A DNA stretch of 64,000 nt from Longimicrobiales bacterium (GTDB lineage: Bacteria > Gemmatimonadota > Gemmatimonadetes > Longimicrobiales > Gaopeijiaceae), in the NCBI GenBank assembly GCA_965219445.1, contig CBDCNQ010000005.1, forward strand, positions 1 through 64,000. Reading direction: 5' to 3'. Both the position numbers and the translations under genes were made by a program. Each line of letters starts with the position of its first letter. The stretch's first letter is position 1. Below, in pieces: positions 19,021 through 29,821 of the stretch. The notes under the pieces were generated by a model that had not been told where the DNA came from, did no database searches, and saw only the letters and a program-made list of their open reading frames with translations.

Positions 19021-19283
19021 CCACCGTGCACGCCAACAACGCCCGCTCGGCGCTCTCGCGCCTGGCGAGCTGCGCCATGCAGGCCGGAGGGGCGCTTCCC
19101 TGGGAGGTCACCTGCCGAGGCGTGGTCGACGGGATCTCGCTCGTCGTCCACATGACGCGGCGAGGGGGCCGACGGTTCGTCGAGGAGGCGCTCCGTGTGA
19201 AGGGCTACGAGGCGGCCGCCAACCGCTGGCTCACCGAACCCGTCTGGAGGAAGGACGATGAAGAACAAACAGAAAAGGAGTGA
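19021..19283 (+). pseudogene. virB11: VirB11 ATPase, 3' part
   Basis: TTVHANNARSALSRL His-box continuation, in frame with 11454-12174. Confidence 0.9.
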
Positions 19284-19287
19284 GGCC

Positions 19288-19488
19288 ATGGAAAGCGACG
19301 AGAAGATCGTCCGCGTCGAGACGCTCGACGACTTCGACCGCGAGCTCGCGCGCGACGGCGGCGAGGCCCTCGAGGTACCAGCATCGCTGGCCGAAGAGTA
19401 CGGCCTCTTCTCCGAGGACGTGGGCACCGAGGACGAGATCCGAGACGCCTCGGAGGATCCGCACGGCCCCGAGGAGGAAGAGCTATGA
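19288..19488 (+). CDS. Small highly acidic hypothetical protein
   Basis: RBS-like GGAG/GAGG upstream; D/E-rich 66 aa; ATGA overlap with ardC. Confidence 0.6.
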   Translation: MESDEKIVRVETLDDFDRELARDGGEALEVPASLAEEYGLFSEDVGTEDEIRDASEDPHGPEEEEL

Positions 19489-20357
19489 AACACGACGAAT
19501 ACCACCGCCAGTTCGCCGATGCGATCATCGAGCAGATCCGCCAGGGCACGGCACCGTGGCAGAAGCCCTGGGGACCGGGCGAGCGTGTGCTCCCCGCGAA
19601 CGTCGATACGGGACGCTCCTACTCGGGCGGCAACAGCCTGCACCTGGCCGCCGTGGCCCAGTCACGCGGCTACGCCGACGTCCGCTGGGGAACCTACCGC
19701 CAGATCCAGGCCCGGGACGGACAGGTGCGGAAAGGCGAGCAGGGCACCCGCATCCTCTCATTCCAGGACCACCGGAAGATCGCCGTCAACGACGAGCGCG
19801 GACGGCCCGTCAGGGACAACGAGGGCAAGCGCGTCTACCGCCACGAGCGGATGCCCACGCCCGTCGTCCGGCAGTACACCGTCTTCAACGCAGAGCAGGC
19901 CGACGGGCTGCCGGCCCGGCCGACGCCCACTGCCGAGCCGCTCTGGAAGGTGCACCAGCAGGCCGAGAGGGTGCTGGAAGACAGCGGAGTCCCCGTCCGC
20001 CACGTGGCGGGAGACCGGGCGTTCTACAACCTGAACCGCGACGAGATCGTCCTCCCCGAGCGGGTGCAGTTCCCCTCGGCCAACCACTACTACCAGACCG
20101 CCCTGCACGAGCTGGGGCACAGCACCGGCCATCCGGAACGGATGAACCGCCCAACGCTGATCGAAGGGATCGGCGAAGGGTTCGGCTCACCGGCCTATGC
20201 GAAGGAGGAGCTACGGGCGGAGATCAGCGCAATGATGACGGGCGAGCGCGTGGGCGTCGGCCACGACCCGAGCCGGGGGGCCGCCTACGTCGAGGGCTGG
20301 ATCCAGGCGCTCGAAGAAGATCCCCGGGAGATCCGCCGCGCCGCTTCCGACGCCTGA
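19485..20357 (+). CDS. ardC: ArdC-family ssDNA-binding / zincin anti-restriction protein (C-terminus shortened)
   Basis: APWQKPW, YSGGN, WGTYRQ, VRKGE, YTVFNAEQ, HELGH and YAKEELRAE motifs. Confidence 0.9.
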   Translation: MKHDEYHRQFADAIIEQIRQGTAPWQKPWGPGERVLPANVDTGRSYSGGNSLHLAAVAQSRGYADVRWGTYRQIQARDGQVRKGEQGTRILSFQDHRKIAVNDERGRPVRDNEGKRVYRHERMPTPVVRQYTVFNAEQADGLPARPTPTAEPLWKVHQQAERVLEDSGVPVRHVAGDRAFYNLNRDEIVLPERVQFPSANHYYQTALHELGHSTGHPERMNRPTLIEGIGEGFGSPAYAKEELRAEISAMMTGERVGVGHDPSRGAAYVEGWIQALEEDPREIRRAASDA

Positions 20358-20405
20358 GCGTAGCTTCGGGCCGCGCCGCTGACGAGAGGGGGAGGAGCCA
20401 AGGAG

Positions 20406-21293
20406 ATGTTCGATCGCACGATCGAACCGGACCCGCGTCCCGCCGCGCCACCCAGCCGCGCGAACCAACGCATGCGGAACGGCCATCGCCGAGAATACGA
20501 CGCGAGCCGGGACCGCGGGTCCACCTCTTTTAGAGAACGGTGCCGGGGGGCGCTCGCCGACATCGGCATCTACGGCGCCGTCTCCGTCCGCGATCTCGCC
20601 GAGGCTCACTTCGGCGGCCATCCCTACACCACGCGGCGGGCCGTGAACGCCTGGATACGCGAAGGGCTCGCCCAAGAAACCCGAGCCACTGGACCCAACG
20701 GCAACCCGTTCAAGGTGCTGACCCTCACGCGGAAAGGCGTGGCCGAGGCCCGGAAGCTGGCCGCCGAGCGGGGAATCGATCCCGGCCAGGAGATCGGGTT
20801 CGCACGTACCCGGCCCGCCGAAGCCGCGCACGACACCGCCGTCTACCGCGCCTGCCGAAACGAGCAGCAACGCCTCCTCGACCGGGGTGCCACCGTGCGG
20901 CGCATCCGGCTCGACACCGAACTCAAGAGCACCGTCGCGCGCCACAGTGAGTCCGCGCGGGCGAAAGACGGCCGGCGGGCCGCAGACGCCGAGCGGCACC
21001 GCGTGGCCGAGGAGCTCGGCTTGCCGATCGATGCGCGGGGACGCGTGCTCTACCCGGATGCGCAGATCGAGTACACCGACTCCGAGGGGCGCACCGGACG
21101 CGTCAACATCGAGGTCGCGTCCGGCAACTACCGGGCTCGCTCCATACGTGCCAAGGTGGCCGCCGGGTTCCGGATGCACGCCAACGGACCGGCCGCCGCG
21201 CGCCTGCTCCGCTCACTCGGCGTGGGCGACGGCGCAGATCGCTCCTCCCTGCGAGGGCCGACCGACCGGGATCCGGCCGCGCTCGAACTCTGA
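20406..21293 (+). CDS. Replication-relaxation (Replic_Relax)-like wHTH plus PD-(D/E)xK protein, copy 1
   Basis: LTLTRKG wing, AAHDTAVY, YPDAQI...NIEVASGNY...K; AGGAG RBS. Confidence 0.6.
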   Translation: MFDRTIEPDPRPAAPPSRANQRMRNGHRREYDASRDRGSTSFRERCRGALADIGIYGAVSVRDLAEAHFGGHPYTTRRAVNAWIREGLAQETRATGPNGNPFKVLTLTRKGVAEARKLAAERGIDPGQEIGFARTRPAEAAHDTAVYRACRNEQQRLLDRGATVRRIRLDTELKSTVARHSESARAKDGRRAADAERHRVAEELGLPIDARGRVLYPDAQIEYTDSEGRTGRVNIEVASGNYRARSIRAKVAAGFRMHANGPAAARLLRSLGVGDGADRSSLRGPTDRDPAALEL

Positions 21294-21312
21294 CCCCCAC
21301 GAGTAGCCTGCC

Positions 21313-21627
21313 ATGCAGCCTTGGAAAATCAGTGCAGGACTCACCGCCGCGATCGCGGGGTCTGCCGTGCTGCTCGCCGGTCCGCGCCTCGAATTCCTCG
21401 CGCCGTTCTGGCCACTGATCCTCTCGGACTATGGCGTTCTCATCGCCCTGCACCTGGGGTTGGCACTGACGGCCGCTCTAGCCGCCATCTACGCCGTCGC
21501 TCGTGCAGCCGGACTCGCCGATCTGGGGAGCCGCGTCGATCTCGTGGAACGCTCAGTCCGACGAGGCGAGGGCGATCCGGGCCTCGCCGATGCCCTCAAG
21601 AGGGACACCGACGGTGACTGGGACTGA
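21313..21627 (+). CDS. Small membrane protein, copy 1
   Basis: Two hydrophobic segments; paralog at 32161-32475 and degenerate copy at 24327. Confidence 0.75.
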   Translation: MQPWKISAGLTAAIAGSAVLLAGPRLEFLAPFWPLILSDYGVLIALHLGLALTAALAAIYAVARAAGLADLGSRVDLVERSVRRGEGDPGLADALKRDTDGDWD

Positions 21628-21763
21628 AGCCGAGCCGATTGCACGCAAGCGGTTGCCTGGTCCTTCGGCTTTCGGCGACCCACTCCCCAGCGACACTCGC
21701 TTCCCGTGCCACGGATGCAGCCCGGCGAGTCCGGAGGACATGGACGGGGGAGGCTCCGTACCC

Positions 21764-24196
21764 TCAGCCGTCCTCGGGCTTGGCCATGCGGTAGCCGACC
21801 CGCGGCTCGGTGAGGATGTAGGTCGGGTTGTTCGCATCGTCGCCCAGCTTCTGGCGAAGCTTCTTGATGAAGGCGCGCACTGCCGGGGGGCTCGCGCCGC
21901 GCCGAGAACGCCATACGCGGCGCAGCAGGTAGTCGTGCGTCGACACGCGGCCGGCGTTGGCCGAGAGGGCGCTCAGCAGATCGTACTCGGTGGCGGTCAG
22001 CGAGACAGGCTGGCCGGCCAAGCTCACCCGGCGCTCGTCGTAGTTGATGGCGAGCTCCCCCATCCGGTAGGGCTCGCGCGTCCCGGCCCGCTTGCGCAGG
22101 GCGGCCTCGATTCTGGCCACGAGCTCCGTCGGAGAAAACGGCTTCACGATGTAATCGGCCGCTCCGATCTCGAGGGCCCTGGCGATCGTCTCGTCGCGGC
22201 CGTATCCGGACAGGAAGATGACCGGCAGATCGGCCAGCGCAGGCAGGCTTTGCATCAGCTCGATGCCGTCCGTCCCGGGCAGGAGCAGGTCCAGCAGCAC
22301 AAGGTCGGGCCGGTGCGTCTCGATGAGGCCGGGCACGTCCTCCGGGTCGCCGGTCACGAACGGGTAGTAGCCCGCGTCCTCGAGTATCCCCCGAACGTAG
22401 CCCAGTGCCTTCGGGTCGTCGTCCACCACCAGGACGTGCGGCCCCTCTTCCCCGGCGCGCCCCGGGCGGCCGGGCCTCCGCACAGGGCTCGCCGCGACGC
22501 CGACCCCGACCCCGGCTTCCTCAACGACCGGAATCGTGAAGGTGAAGCGGGCGCCCGGGCCCGTTCCCTCGCTCTCGGCCCAGATGCGGCCCCCATGCGC
22601 CTCCACCAGGCCCTTGCATATGGCCAGGCCCAGGCCCGCTCCGACCCCCCGTCCACGGTCCTCCCGGCCGCTCCGGGCGAACTTCCGGAACAGGTGCGGC
22701 AGACGCTCCGCCGGGATGCTTCGACCTTCGTCGGCGACCGAGACCGCCACATGGACGTCCTCCCGCACGGCGGCCACCCGGATGGCCGACGACTCGGGCG
22801 AGTGCCGGGCCGCGTTGGACAACAGGTTGCCCAGGACCTGGACGATGCGCTGCCGGTCCGCCAGCACCCGCGGCAAGTCCGGCGGCAGGTCGATGCGGAG
22901 AGGATTCCTGCCCCCTCCGCTCAGGTACATGTTTCGGGCCTGATCCATGACGGCCGCAAGCTCCACGGGCTCGGGTGTGACCGACAGCCTGCCCGTCTCG
23001 ATGTGCGCCGCGTCCAGCAGGTCGCTGATCAGCTCCCGCATGTGATCCGCCTGCTCGTCGATGATCCGGAGGAACTGCATCGTCTCGGCCGGATCCAGCG
23101 CCCTCGGTGCGCTCAACACCGTGGCCGCGGAGCCCTTGATCGAGGTCAGCGGGGCACGGAGCTCGTGGCTTACCATGCCCAGAAACTCGGCCCGGAGCCG
23201 CTCCAGCTCCTCCAGCGGCGTCAGGTCCTGCAGGGTGACGACCAGCGACTCGACCTCGCCCTGCTTCGTGCGGATGGGCGTGGCGTTGACGAGTATGGTG
23301 ATCCTCCGGCCGTCCGGAACCTCGAGGACGATCTCCTCGGCGCGCACCGTGGTGGCGTTGCGCAGCATCTGCGTCAGGGGCGACTCTTCGAACGCCACCT
23401 CGTGACCGTCCGCACGCCGCACGCGCAGCACCTTCAGCAGATCTTCCGCCGACTGGCCCGGCATGCACAGGTCGCCGACAATACGGCGCGACTCCTGGTT
23501 CACCGACGCCACCCGCCCGCTCCGGGCGTCGAACACCACCACGCCCACCGGCGACGTGTCGATCAGAGCTTCCAGATCCGCCCGCGCCCGCTGCTCGTCC
23601 CGGTGCTTGCGCGCGTTGGCGATCGCCGCACCGGCCTGCGACGCGAAGAGCGTCAGGACCTCCTCGTCCTCGGTCGTGAACTCCCGGCCGCCCTCCTTGT
23701 CGGCAAGGTAGAAATTGCCGACATGCACGCCCCGGTGACGGATCGGCACCCCAAGGAAGCTCCGCACCAGCGTCCCGTCTTCGGGGAAGCCGAGCGCGCT
23801 CAGGTGGGCCGCCAGGTCGCTGAGCCGGAGCGGTTCCGGCACCTCGCGCAAGTACTCCCACAGCGCCGGCCCGTAGGGCAGCTCCAGGAACCGCTGGTGC
23901 TCCTCGGGACTCACGCCCGCCGTGACGAAATCCTGCAGCTGACCCGAAGCGTCCATCGTCGTGATGCCGCTGCTGCCGGCGCCCGTCAGCACCCGGGCGC
24001 TCTCTACGACCTCGTGCAGCACGGTATCGACGTCCAGGCTATCGCTGATCCGAAGACTCGCCTCGCTCAGCCTCGAGAGCCGCTCCCGCAGCGCCTGGAT
24101 CTCTCCGCCTGCCTCTTCCGCTTTCGGCAATTCCGCGACCCCGATCGGACGTTCCGCGTGGCCGCCGGCCAGTCGGATGCGGCCACAAGATTCCAC
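21764..24196 (-). CDS. Cytoplasmic hybrid sensor kinase: GAF-PAS-HisKA-HATPase-REC-OmpR wHTH
   Basis: FLGVPIR (GAF), SHELRAPL, NLLSNA, GLGLAIC, VVDDD, LLDL, DYIVKPF, LTATEYDLL...LRQKL..TEPRVGYR. Confidence 0.9.
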   Translation of the reverse strand: MESCGRIRLAGGHAERPIGVAELPKAEEAGGEIQALRERLSRLSEASLRISDSLDVDTVLHEVVESARVLTGAGSSGITTMDASGQLQDFVTAGVSPEEHQRFLELPYGPALWEYLREVPEPLRLSDLAAHLSALGFPEDGTLVRSFLGVPIRHRGVHVGNFYLADKEGGREFTTEDEEVLTLFASQAGAAIANARKHRDEQRARADLEALIDTSPVGVVVFDARSGRVASVNQESRRIVGDLCMPGQSAEDLLKVLRVRRADGHEVAFEESPLTQMLRNATTVRAEEIVLEVPDGRRITILVNATPIRTKQGEVESLVVTLQDLTPLEELERLRAEFLGMVSHELRAPLTSIKGSAATVLSAPRALDPAETMQFLRIIDEQADHMRELISDLLDAAHIETGRLSVTPEPVELAAVMDQARNMYLSGGGRNPLRIDLPPDLPRVLADRQRIVQVLGNLLSNAARHSPESSAIRVAAVREDVHVAVSVADEGRSIPAERLPHLFRKFARSGREDRGRGVGAGLGLAICKGLVEAHGGRIWAESEGTGPGARFTFTIPVVEEAGVGVGVAASPVRRPGRPGRAGEEGPHVLVVDDDPKALGYVRGILEDAGYYPFVTGDPEDVPGLIETHRPDLVLLDLLLPGTDGIELMQSLPALADLPVIFLSGYGRDETIARALEIGAADYIVKPFSPTELVARIEAALRKRAGTREPYRMGELAINYDERRVSLAGQPVSLTATEYDLLSALSANAGRVSTHDYLLRRVWRSRRGASPPAVRAFIKKLRQKLGDDANNPTYILTEPRVGYRMAKPEDG

Positions 24197-24326
24197 ACTC
24201 GCTTCGCTCGAATCCGTACCGATTCTACCGGCCCGCAGGAAAGTTCACAAGAAAAGCACGCGCCGGGAAGGCACGGTAGGATCAATCGCTAGGAAGCCGC
24301 CTGTCGGCCGCGCTCAAGTTCTAGCG

Positions 24327-24650
24327 ATGCAACCCTGGAGGATCAGCGTGGGGCTGACCGCCGCACTCGCGGGCTCCGCCATCCTCCTCGCCGGATCGCG
24401 CCTCGAACATCTCGCGCCGTCTTGGCCACTGATCCTCGCCGATTACGGCGTGACCATCGTCTTACACCTGGGTTTGGCGTTCGCGGCGGTTGCCGCCGCC
24501 TTCGCCGGCCTCACACGCGCCGCCGCGGCGAGGGCGATCCCCAGCTCGCCCGCGCGCTCAGAAGGGACGCCGAGGGCCACTGGGTCTGAAGGCAAGCGGC
24601 TGCCTGGTTCTTCGGCTCTCGGCGACTCCATCCCCATTCGACACCCGCTT
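24327..24650 (+). pseudogene. Degenerate direct-repeat copy of 21313-21702
   Basis: MQPWRISVGLTAA... with an internal deletion, plus a similar downstream non-coding tract. Confidence 0.8.
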
Positions 24651-24981
24651 GGCCTGCGCGGTCCCGGATCTTGCCGACCCGCAGAAATTCACAACACGAC
24701 AACTCATCTCTTCTCGCACGTCATTGAAATAATACCTAAGGTGGGCTATGCGTAATAAATTATTCTCGATGGGTGGTTCGGCAGTGACTCGGTGGACCGA
24801 CGAGCAACTGGGGCCATGACTGCGTCTCGCACCTCAGGTCTTCCGGAAGCTTCGTCCACTTCTCGCACTAGTAGACGGTCAAGAAAAGGGAGGGTTCCCC
24901 CAATGCGCACGTCGGCCCCACCGGGGGCGTCAGTCAAAGGTCTGACTCGGTCCGGAGCACCAAAGTGATCCCTCTGGCCCC

Positions 24982-27900
24982 TTGAAGAATCCGATAATTC
25001 GTTGCGGAGCCCTCGTCCGGCTACCCGCGGTTCTCGTGGCCGTAGCTTCGGTCTGGGCGTGCGGCGGCGACAGCGCCACCGCGCCGGTGTCGGATCCATC
25101 TCGTCCGACGACGGTCACGGTAACGCCTGCCACGGCCGAGCTGACCGCATTCGGTGCAACCGTTCAGTTGAGGGCGGAAGTGCGTGACCAGAACGCCAGG
25201 GTGATGGCTGGGGCCACCGTGACCTGGACGAGCAGCGCCAACTCAGTGGCGACGGTGAACGCGTCGGGTCTGGTGACAGCCGCGGGCAACGGGACAGCGA
25301 CGATCACGGCGAGTGCGGGCGAGGCGTCGGGGTCTGCGGTGGTGACGGTGATGCAGTCGGTGGCCTCGGTGGTGGTGTCGCCGTCCACGGCCGAGCTGAC
25401 CGCATTGGGCGAGACCGTGCAGTTGACGGCGGAGGCATTCGACGAGAACGGCCATGCGGTCGCGGGAGCCGAGTTCTTGTGGGAGTCCAGTGACGTGGCG
25501 GTGGCGACGGTGGATGCGTTGGGTCTGGTGCGGGGGGTCGCCGAAGGGACGGCGACGATCAGGGCGAGTGCGGGAAGCGCACAGGGCGCGGCAGAGATCA
25601 TGGTCGGTCCCAACCAGGACCGGGCGGCGCTGATCGCGCTGTACGAAGCGACGGATGGGCCAAACTGGGTCGATGCCGAAAACTGGCTGACCGACGCACC
25701 GCTCGGCGACTGGTACGGGGTGGATACGGATGATTCCAGCCGAGTCGTCGGTCTGAGTCTCAACCGCAACAACCTGGCAGGCTCAATGCCGACCGAGCTC
25801 GGTAGCCTCGCCAGTCTGAGGGTGTTGCAACTCAGGGACAACGACGAGCTGACGGGCTCGATCCCGCCGGAACTCGGTAACCTTACCAGCCTGGAGTGGC
25901 TGTCGCTCTTCGGCAACAACCTGACGGGTCCCATCCCGCCGGAACTCGGTAACCTCGCCAACCTGACGAGCCTGGAGCTCGTCGGCAACAACCTGACGGG
26001 TCCCATCCCGCCGGAACTCGGTAACCTTACCAGCCTGGAGTGGCTGTCGCTCTTCGGCAACAACCTGACGGGCTCGATCCCGCCTGAGCTCGGTAACCTC
26101 ACCAGCCTGGAGCTGCTGTCGCTCGTCGGCAACAACCTGACGGGCTCGATCCCGGCCGAACTCGGTAGCCTACCTGCGAATCGGCTCCAACGACCTGACC
26201 GGCTCGATCCCGACCGAACTCGGTAGCCTCGCTAGGCTAAAGGACCTGCGAATCGACTCCAACGACCTGACCGGCTCGATCCCGACCGAACTCGGTAGCC
26301 TCGCTAGGCTAGAGGACCTGCGAATCGGCTCCAACGACCTGACCGGCCCGGTCCCAGAAAGCTTTCTCCAGATCGATGGTTTGACGCGGTTCCACTTCGA
26401 ACGAAACCCGGACCTATGCGCTCCGGGCACTTCAGATTTCGTGACTTGGCTGCAGGACATACCGGATGTTTCCTCAGGCCCCTACTGCAACGAGTCGGAT
26501 ATGGAGGTCCTCGAACTCGTCTACGAGACCTCCGGCGGCCCCAACTGGATAGAGTCCAGCGGCTGGCTAGAGACGCCGGCACTGGAAGCATGGAATGGGG
26601 TGACGGCGAACTCTCTCGGTCAGGTAGTGGCCCTCGACTTAGCCCGCAACGGTTTGGTGGGTCGGCTACCGGCCAATCTTGGAAGCTTGGCTGACATGAC
26701 GACACTGCGGGTCGGGGGCAACGCGCTCTCCGGACCGTTACCGCGTTACCTGGCCCAGCTCTCGCTTGTCGAGTTCCACTACGCCGACACTCACCTGTGT
26801 GCCCCGGCGGTAGCATCTTTCCGGGTGTGGCTGAACGGCATTGCGTCGCTTGAGGGCACGGGTGTGGAATGTGCACCCCCCTCTGACCGAGAGATCCTGG
26901 TAGCGCTGTACGAAGCGACGGATGGACGGAGTTGGGCTATTGCCGACAACTGGCTGACCGTCGCGCCGCTCGGGAACTGGTACGGAGTCCGGGCCGATGC
27001 CCGAGGCCGGGTCACAGGGCTGTCCCTTTCGGACAACGAGCTGACGGGCCCGATCCCGCCCGAGCTCGGCAACCTGCCGATGCTCGCTGGACTCTTGCTC
27101 AGCTCCAACAACCTCACGGGCCCGATCCCGCCCGAGCTCGGCAGCCTCGCCAGCCTGGAAAGCCTGTGGCTCGGCGGCAACGAGCTGTCTGGACCGATCC
27201 CGCCCGAACTCAGCAACCTGTCGGCCCTGGAGGCGCTCCTCCTCCATAACAACAATCTCACGGGCCCGATCCCGCCCGAGCTCGGCAGCCTCGCCAGCCT
27301 GGAAAGCCTGTGGCTCCACGGCAACGAGCTGTCTGGACCGATCCCGCCCGAACTCAGCAACCTGTCGGCCCTGGAGAGGCTCCTCCTCGATAACAACAAT
27401 CTCACGGGCCCGATCCCGCCCGAGCTCGGCAGCCTCGCCAGCCTGGAAAGCCTGTGGCTCGTCGGCAACGAGCTGTCTGGCCTGATCCCGCCCGAGCTCG
27501 GCAACTTGTCCAGTTTGACGCAGCTGTATCTCCACAACAACAGCTTTTCTGGTCCAATCCCGCCCGAGCTCGGCAACCTTGCCAACCTGAATTATTTCAC
27601 GCTCATGGATAACGCCCTTTCGGGACCGATTCCGCCCGAACTCGGTAGCCTCGCCAGCCTGCAGAGTCTGCTCCTCGACGACAACGACCTGACGGGTCCG
27701 GTGCCCCCTGAGTTCGGTGGAATGTCGAGCCTGCGTCGGCTCTCCCTCACGAACAATTCTGGGATGTCGGGGCCGTTACCGGCTACACTGACAGATCTTC
27801 TTCAGCTTGAGACACTGCTGGCCGAAGGCACGGACTTGTGTGTGCCGGAAGGCCCCAGCTTCCAGGCATGGCTGCAGGCGGTGCACAAGCAGCGGATCAC

Positions 27901-29374
27901 CTCCTGCGGGAGCAGCGGCGCTTCTACGGCGTACCTCACCCAGGCGGTGCAGTCTCGGGAGTATCCGGTTCCGCTGGTCGCAGGCGAGAAGGCTCTGTTG
28001 CGAGCTTTCGTCACGGCCACGCGCGCAACTACGGCCGGCATCCCTCCGGTCCGGGCACGGTTCTACTTGAACGGGACCGAGGGCCATGTGGTGGACGTTC
28101 CGGAGAAGACGACGCCGATTCCCACGGACGTCGTCGAGCACGATCTGTCTAGCTCTGCCAACGCGGAGATTCCCGCGGAGTTCGTAAGACCCGGGCTCGA
28201 GATGGTCATCGAGATCGATCCGGAGGGGACGCTGGATCCTAGTCTCGGGGTGGCGAAACGGATCCCCGAGACGGGCCGCATGGCGGTTGAGGTGCGAGAG
28301 ATGCCCGCGTTCGACCTAACGGTGATTCCCCTCCTTTGGAGTGCCGACCCGGACGGGGCGATCGTGCAAGCGGCGAACGGCATGGCAGCGGACCCAGAGG
28401 GCCACGAGTTGCTATGGGTTACCCGCACGCTGTTGCCAATCGGTGATCTCGACGTGACAGCCCACGAGCCCGTGCTGAGCTCGAGCAACAATGTCTTTGT
28501 GCTGCAGCAGGACACGGAGGCGATTCGGGCGATCGAGGGCGGCACCGGTCACTACATGGGCATGATGTCGGGACCCGTCACGGGTGGCGCCGCAGGAGTG
28601 ACCACAGTGCGCGGACGGGTGAGCTTCTCGATACCGAACGCGTCGGTTATGGCTCACGAGCTCGGCCACAACATGAGCCTCCGGCATGCGCCGTGCGGGG
28701 ATCCCCGCAACGTGGACTCTTCGTTTCCCTATCGGGACGGATCCACGGGCGCCTGGGGATACGATTTCCGCGATGGCGGGAGATTGGTGAGACCGGAATC
28801 CAATGACCTGATGTCCTACTGCTCCCCGAGGTGGATCAGCGACTACCACTTCTCGAACGCACTCCGCTTTCGACTCTTCGACGAACTCCCGCCGCTGGTG
28901 GCGGCAAAGTCCCTCCTCCTATGGGGCGGGATGGATGCGGAAGGCGAGCCCTTCCTCAACCCCGCCTTCGTGGTCGACGCCCCGCCCGCGCTCCCCGATT
29001 CCGCCGGTGAGCACCGGATCGCCGGACGGACCGCCAGCGGCGACGAGCTCTTCGCCCTCAGCTTCGCCATGCCCGAGGTGGTCGACGGCGACGGGAGCTC
29101 GTCCTTCGCCTTCGTCCTCCCGGCTCAGCCCGGCTGGGCCGGCAACCTGGCGACCCTCACACTCTCAGGGCCCGGTGGGTCGGTTACGCTGGACAGCGAC
29201 ACGGACCTGCCCATGACCATCCTGCTCAATCCGAGGAGCGGCCAGGTCCGAGGCATCCTGCGTGACCTGCCGCAGGCGGATGCGGCAGCGGCTCTCGCCC
29301 CTCAGGCGGGTCTCGACAGTCTCGACATGCTCTTCAGCCGCGGGATTCCGGACGCCGCAGCGTGGAGTCGCTGA
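24982..29374 (+). pseudogene. Large lipoprotein: tandem Ig-like domains, LRR arrays and a Zn-metallopeptidase; frameshifted by a 14-nt deletion near 26170
   Basis: Lipobox-like VWAC; WTSS...VATV...G.V Ig repeats; 24-aa GPIPPELGNL LRRs; AHELGHNMSLRH and DLMSY metzincin-like motifs; frame from 26171 is open into the 26381 ORF. Confidence 0.9.
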
Positions 29375-29380
29375 GAGGCA

Positions 29381-29409
29381 GGGCATGCGCATCCCATCCG
29401 CGCATGCCC
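29381..29409 (+). terminator. Stem-loop after the LRR gene
   Basis: Perfect 10-bp stem GGGCATGCGC/GCGCATGCCC; no U-tract. Confidence 0.4.
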
Positions 29410-29476
29410 GTGAAAGCTGGGGGCAAATCGAGCACATTAGCGGCTACCGATAGCAGCGTACGAAAAGGGGGCTTTG

Positions 29477-29821
29477 ATGCAAGACTATGGAGGACAACAC
29501 CGCACCGTCACGCTCACGGGCTGGTCCAGCGGCACCGGGTTCGGACTAAGCGTTGGCGCGGAAGACCGCAGGCGAGTATTCAAGCGGTTGAAGAAACGGA
29601 TCGGACGCGGCCTGCATATCGAGCTCCCAGGTGTAGATGAACAGGTTGCAGTCAATGTCACGGCCACGTTTTGGGGCAGTTGCTCCGAGTTTAGGTCCGC
29701 CAAGATCGGCGGGTGGATGAAGGAGCGAGGAGACCTGCCGTGGCCGCATGGCCAGCCACCCAAGTACACAGCAGAGCTACTCACCGACAGCGACCCCATC
29801 GTCCTGAGGGTGCTAGTATGA
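29477..29821 (+). CDS. Hypothetical protein
   Basis: 114-aa ORF with protein-like composition (TFWGSCSEFRSAKIGGW, PWPHGQPP) and purine-rich upstream tract. Confidence 0.6.
   Translation: MQDYGGQHRTVTLTGWSSGTGFGLSVGAEDRRRVFKRLKKRIGRGLHIELPGVDEQVAVNVTATFWGSCSEFRSAKIGGWMKERGDLPWPHGQPPKYTAELLTDSDPIVLRVLV

Noticed and set aside
21503..24292. 929-aa plus-strand ORF
   Set aside because: Antisense shadow of the hybrid kinase, typical of high-GC coding DNA; no motifs.
25780..27720. Regular ~72-bp repeats that could be taken for a CRISPR array or DGR template/variable repeats
   Set aside because: They are in-frame LRR coding units with no unique spacers; no cas or reverse transcriptase gene is in the window.
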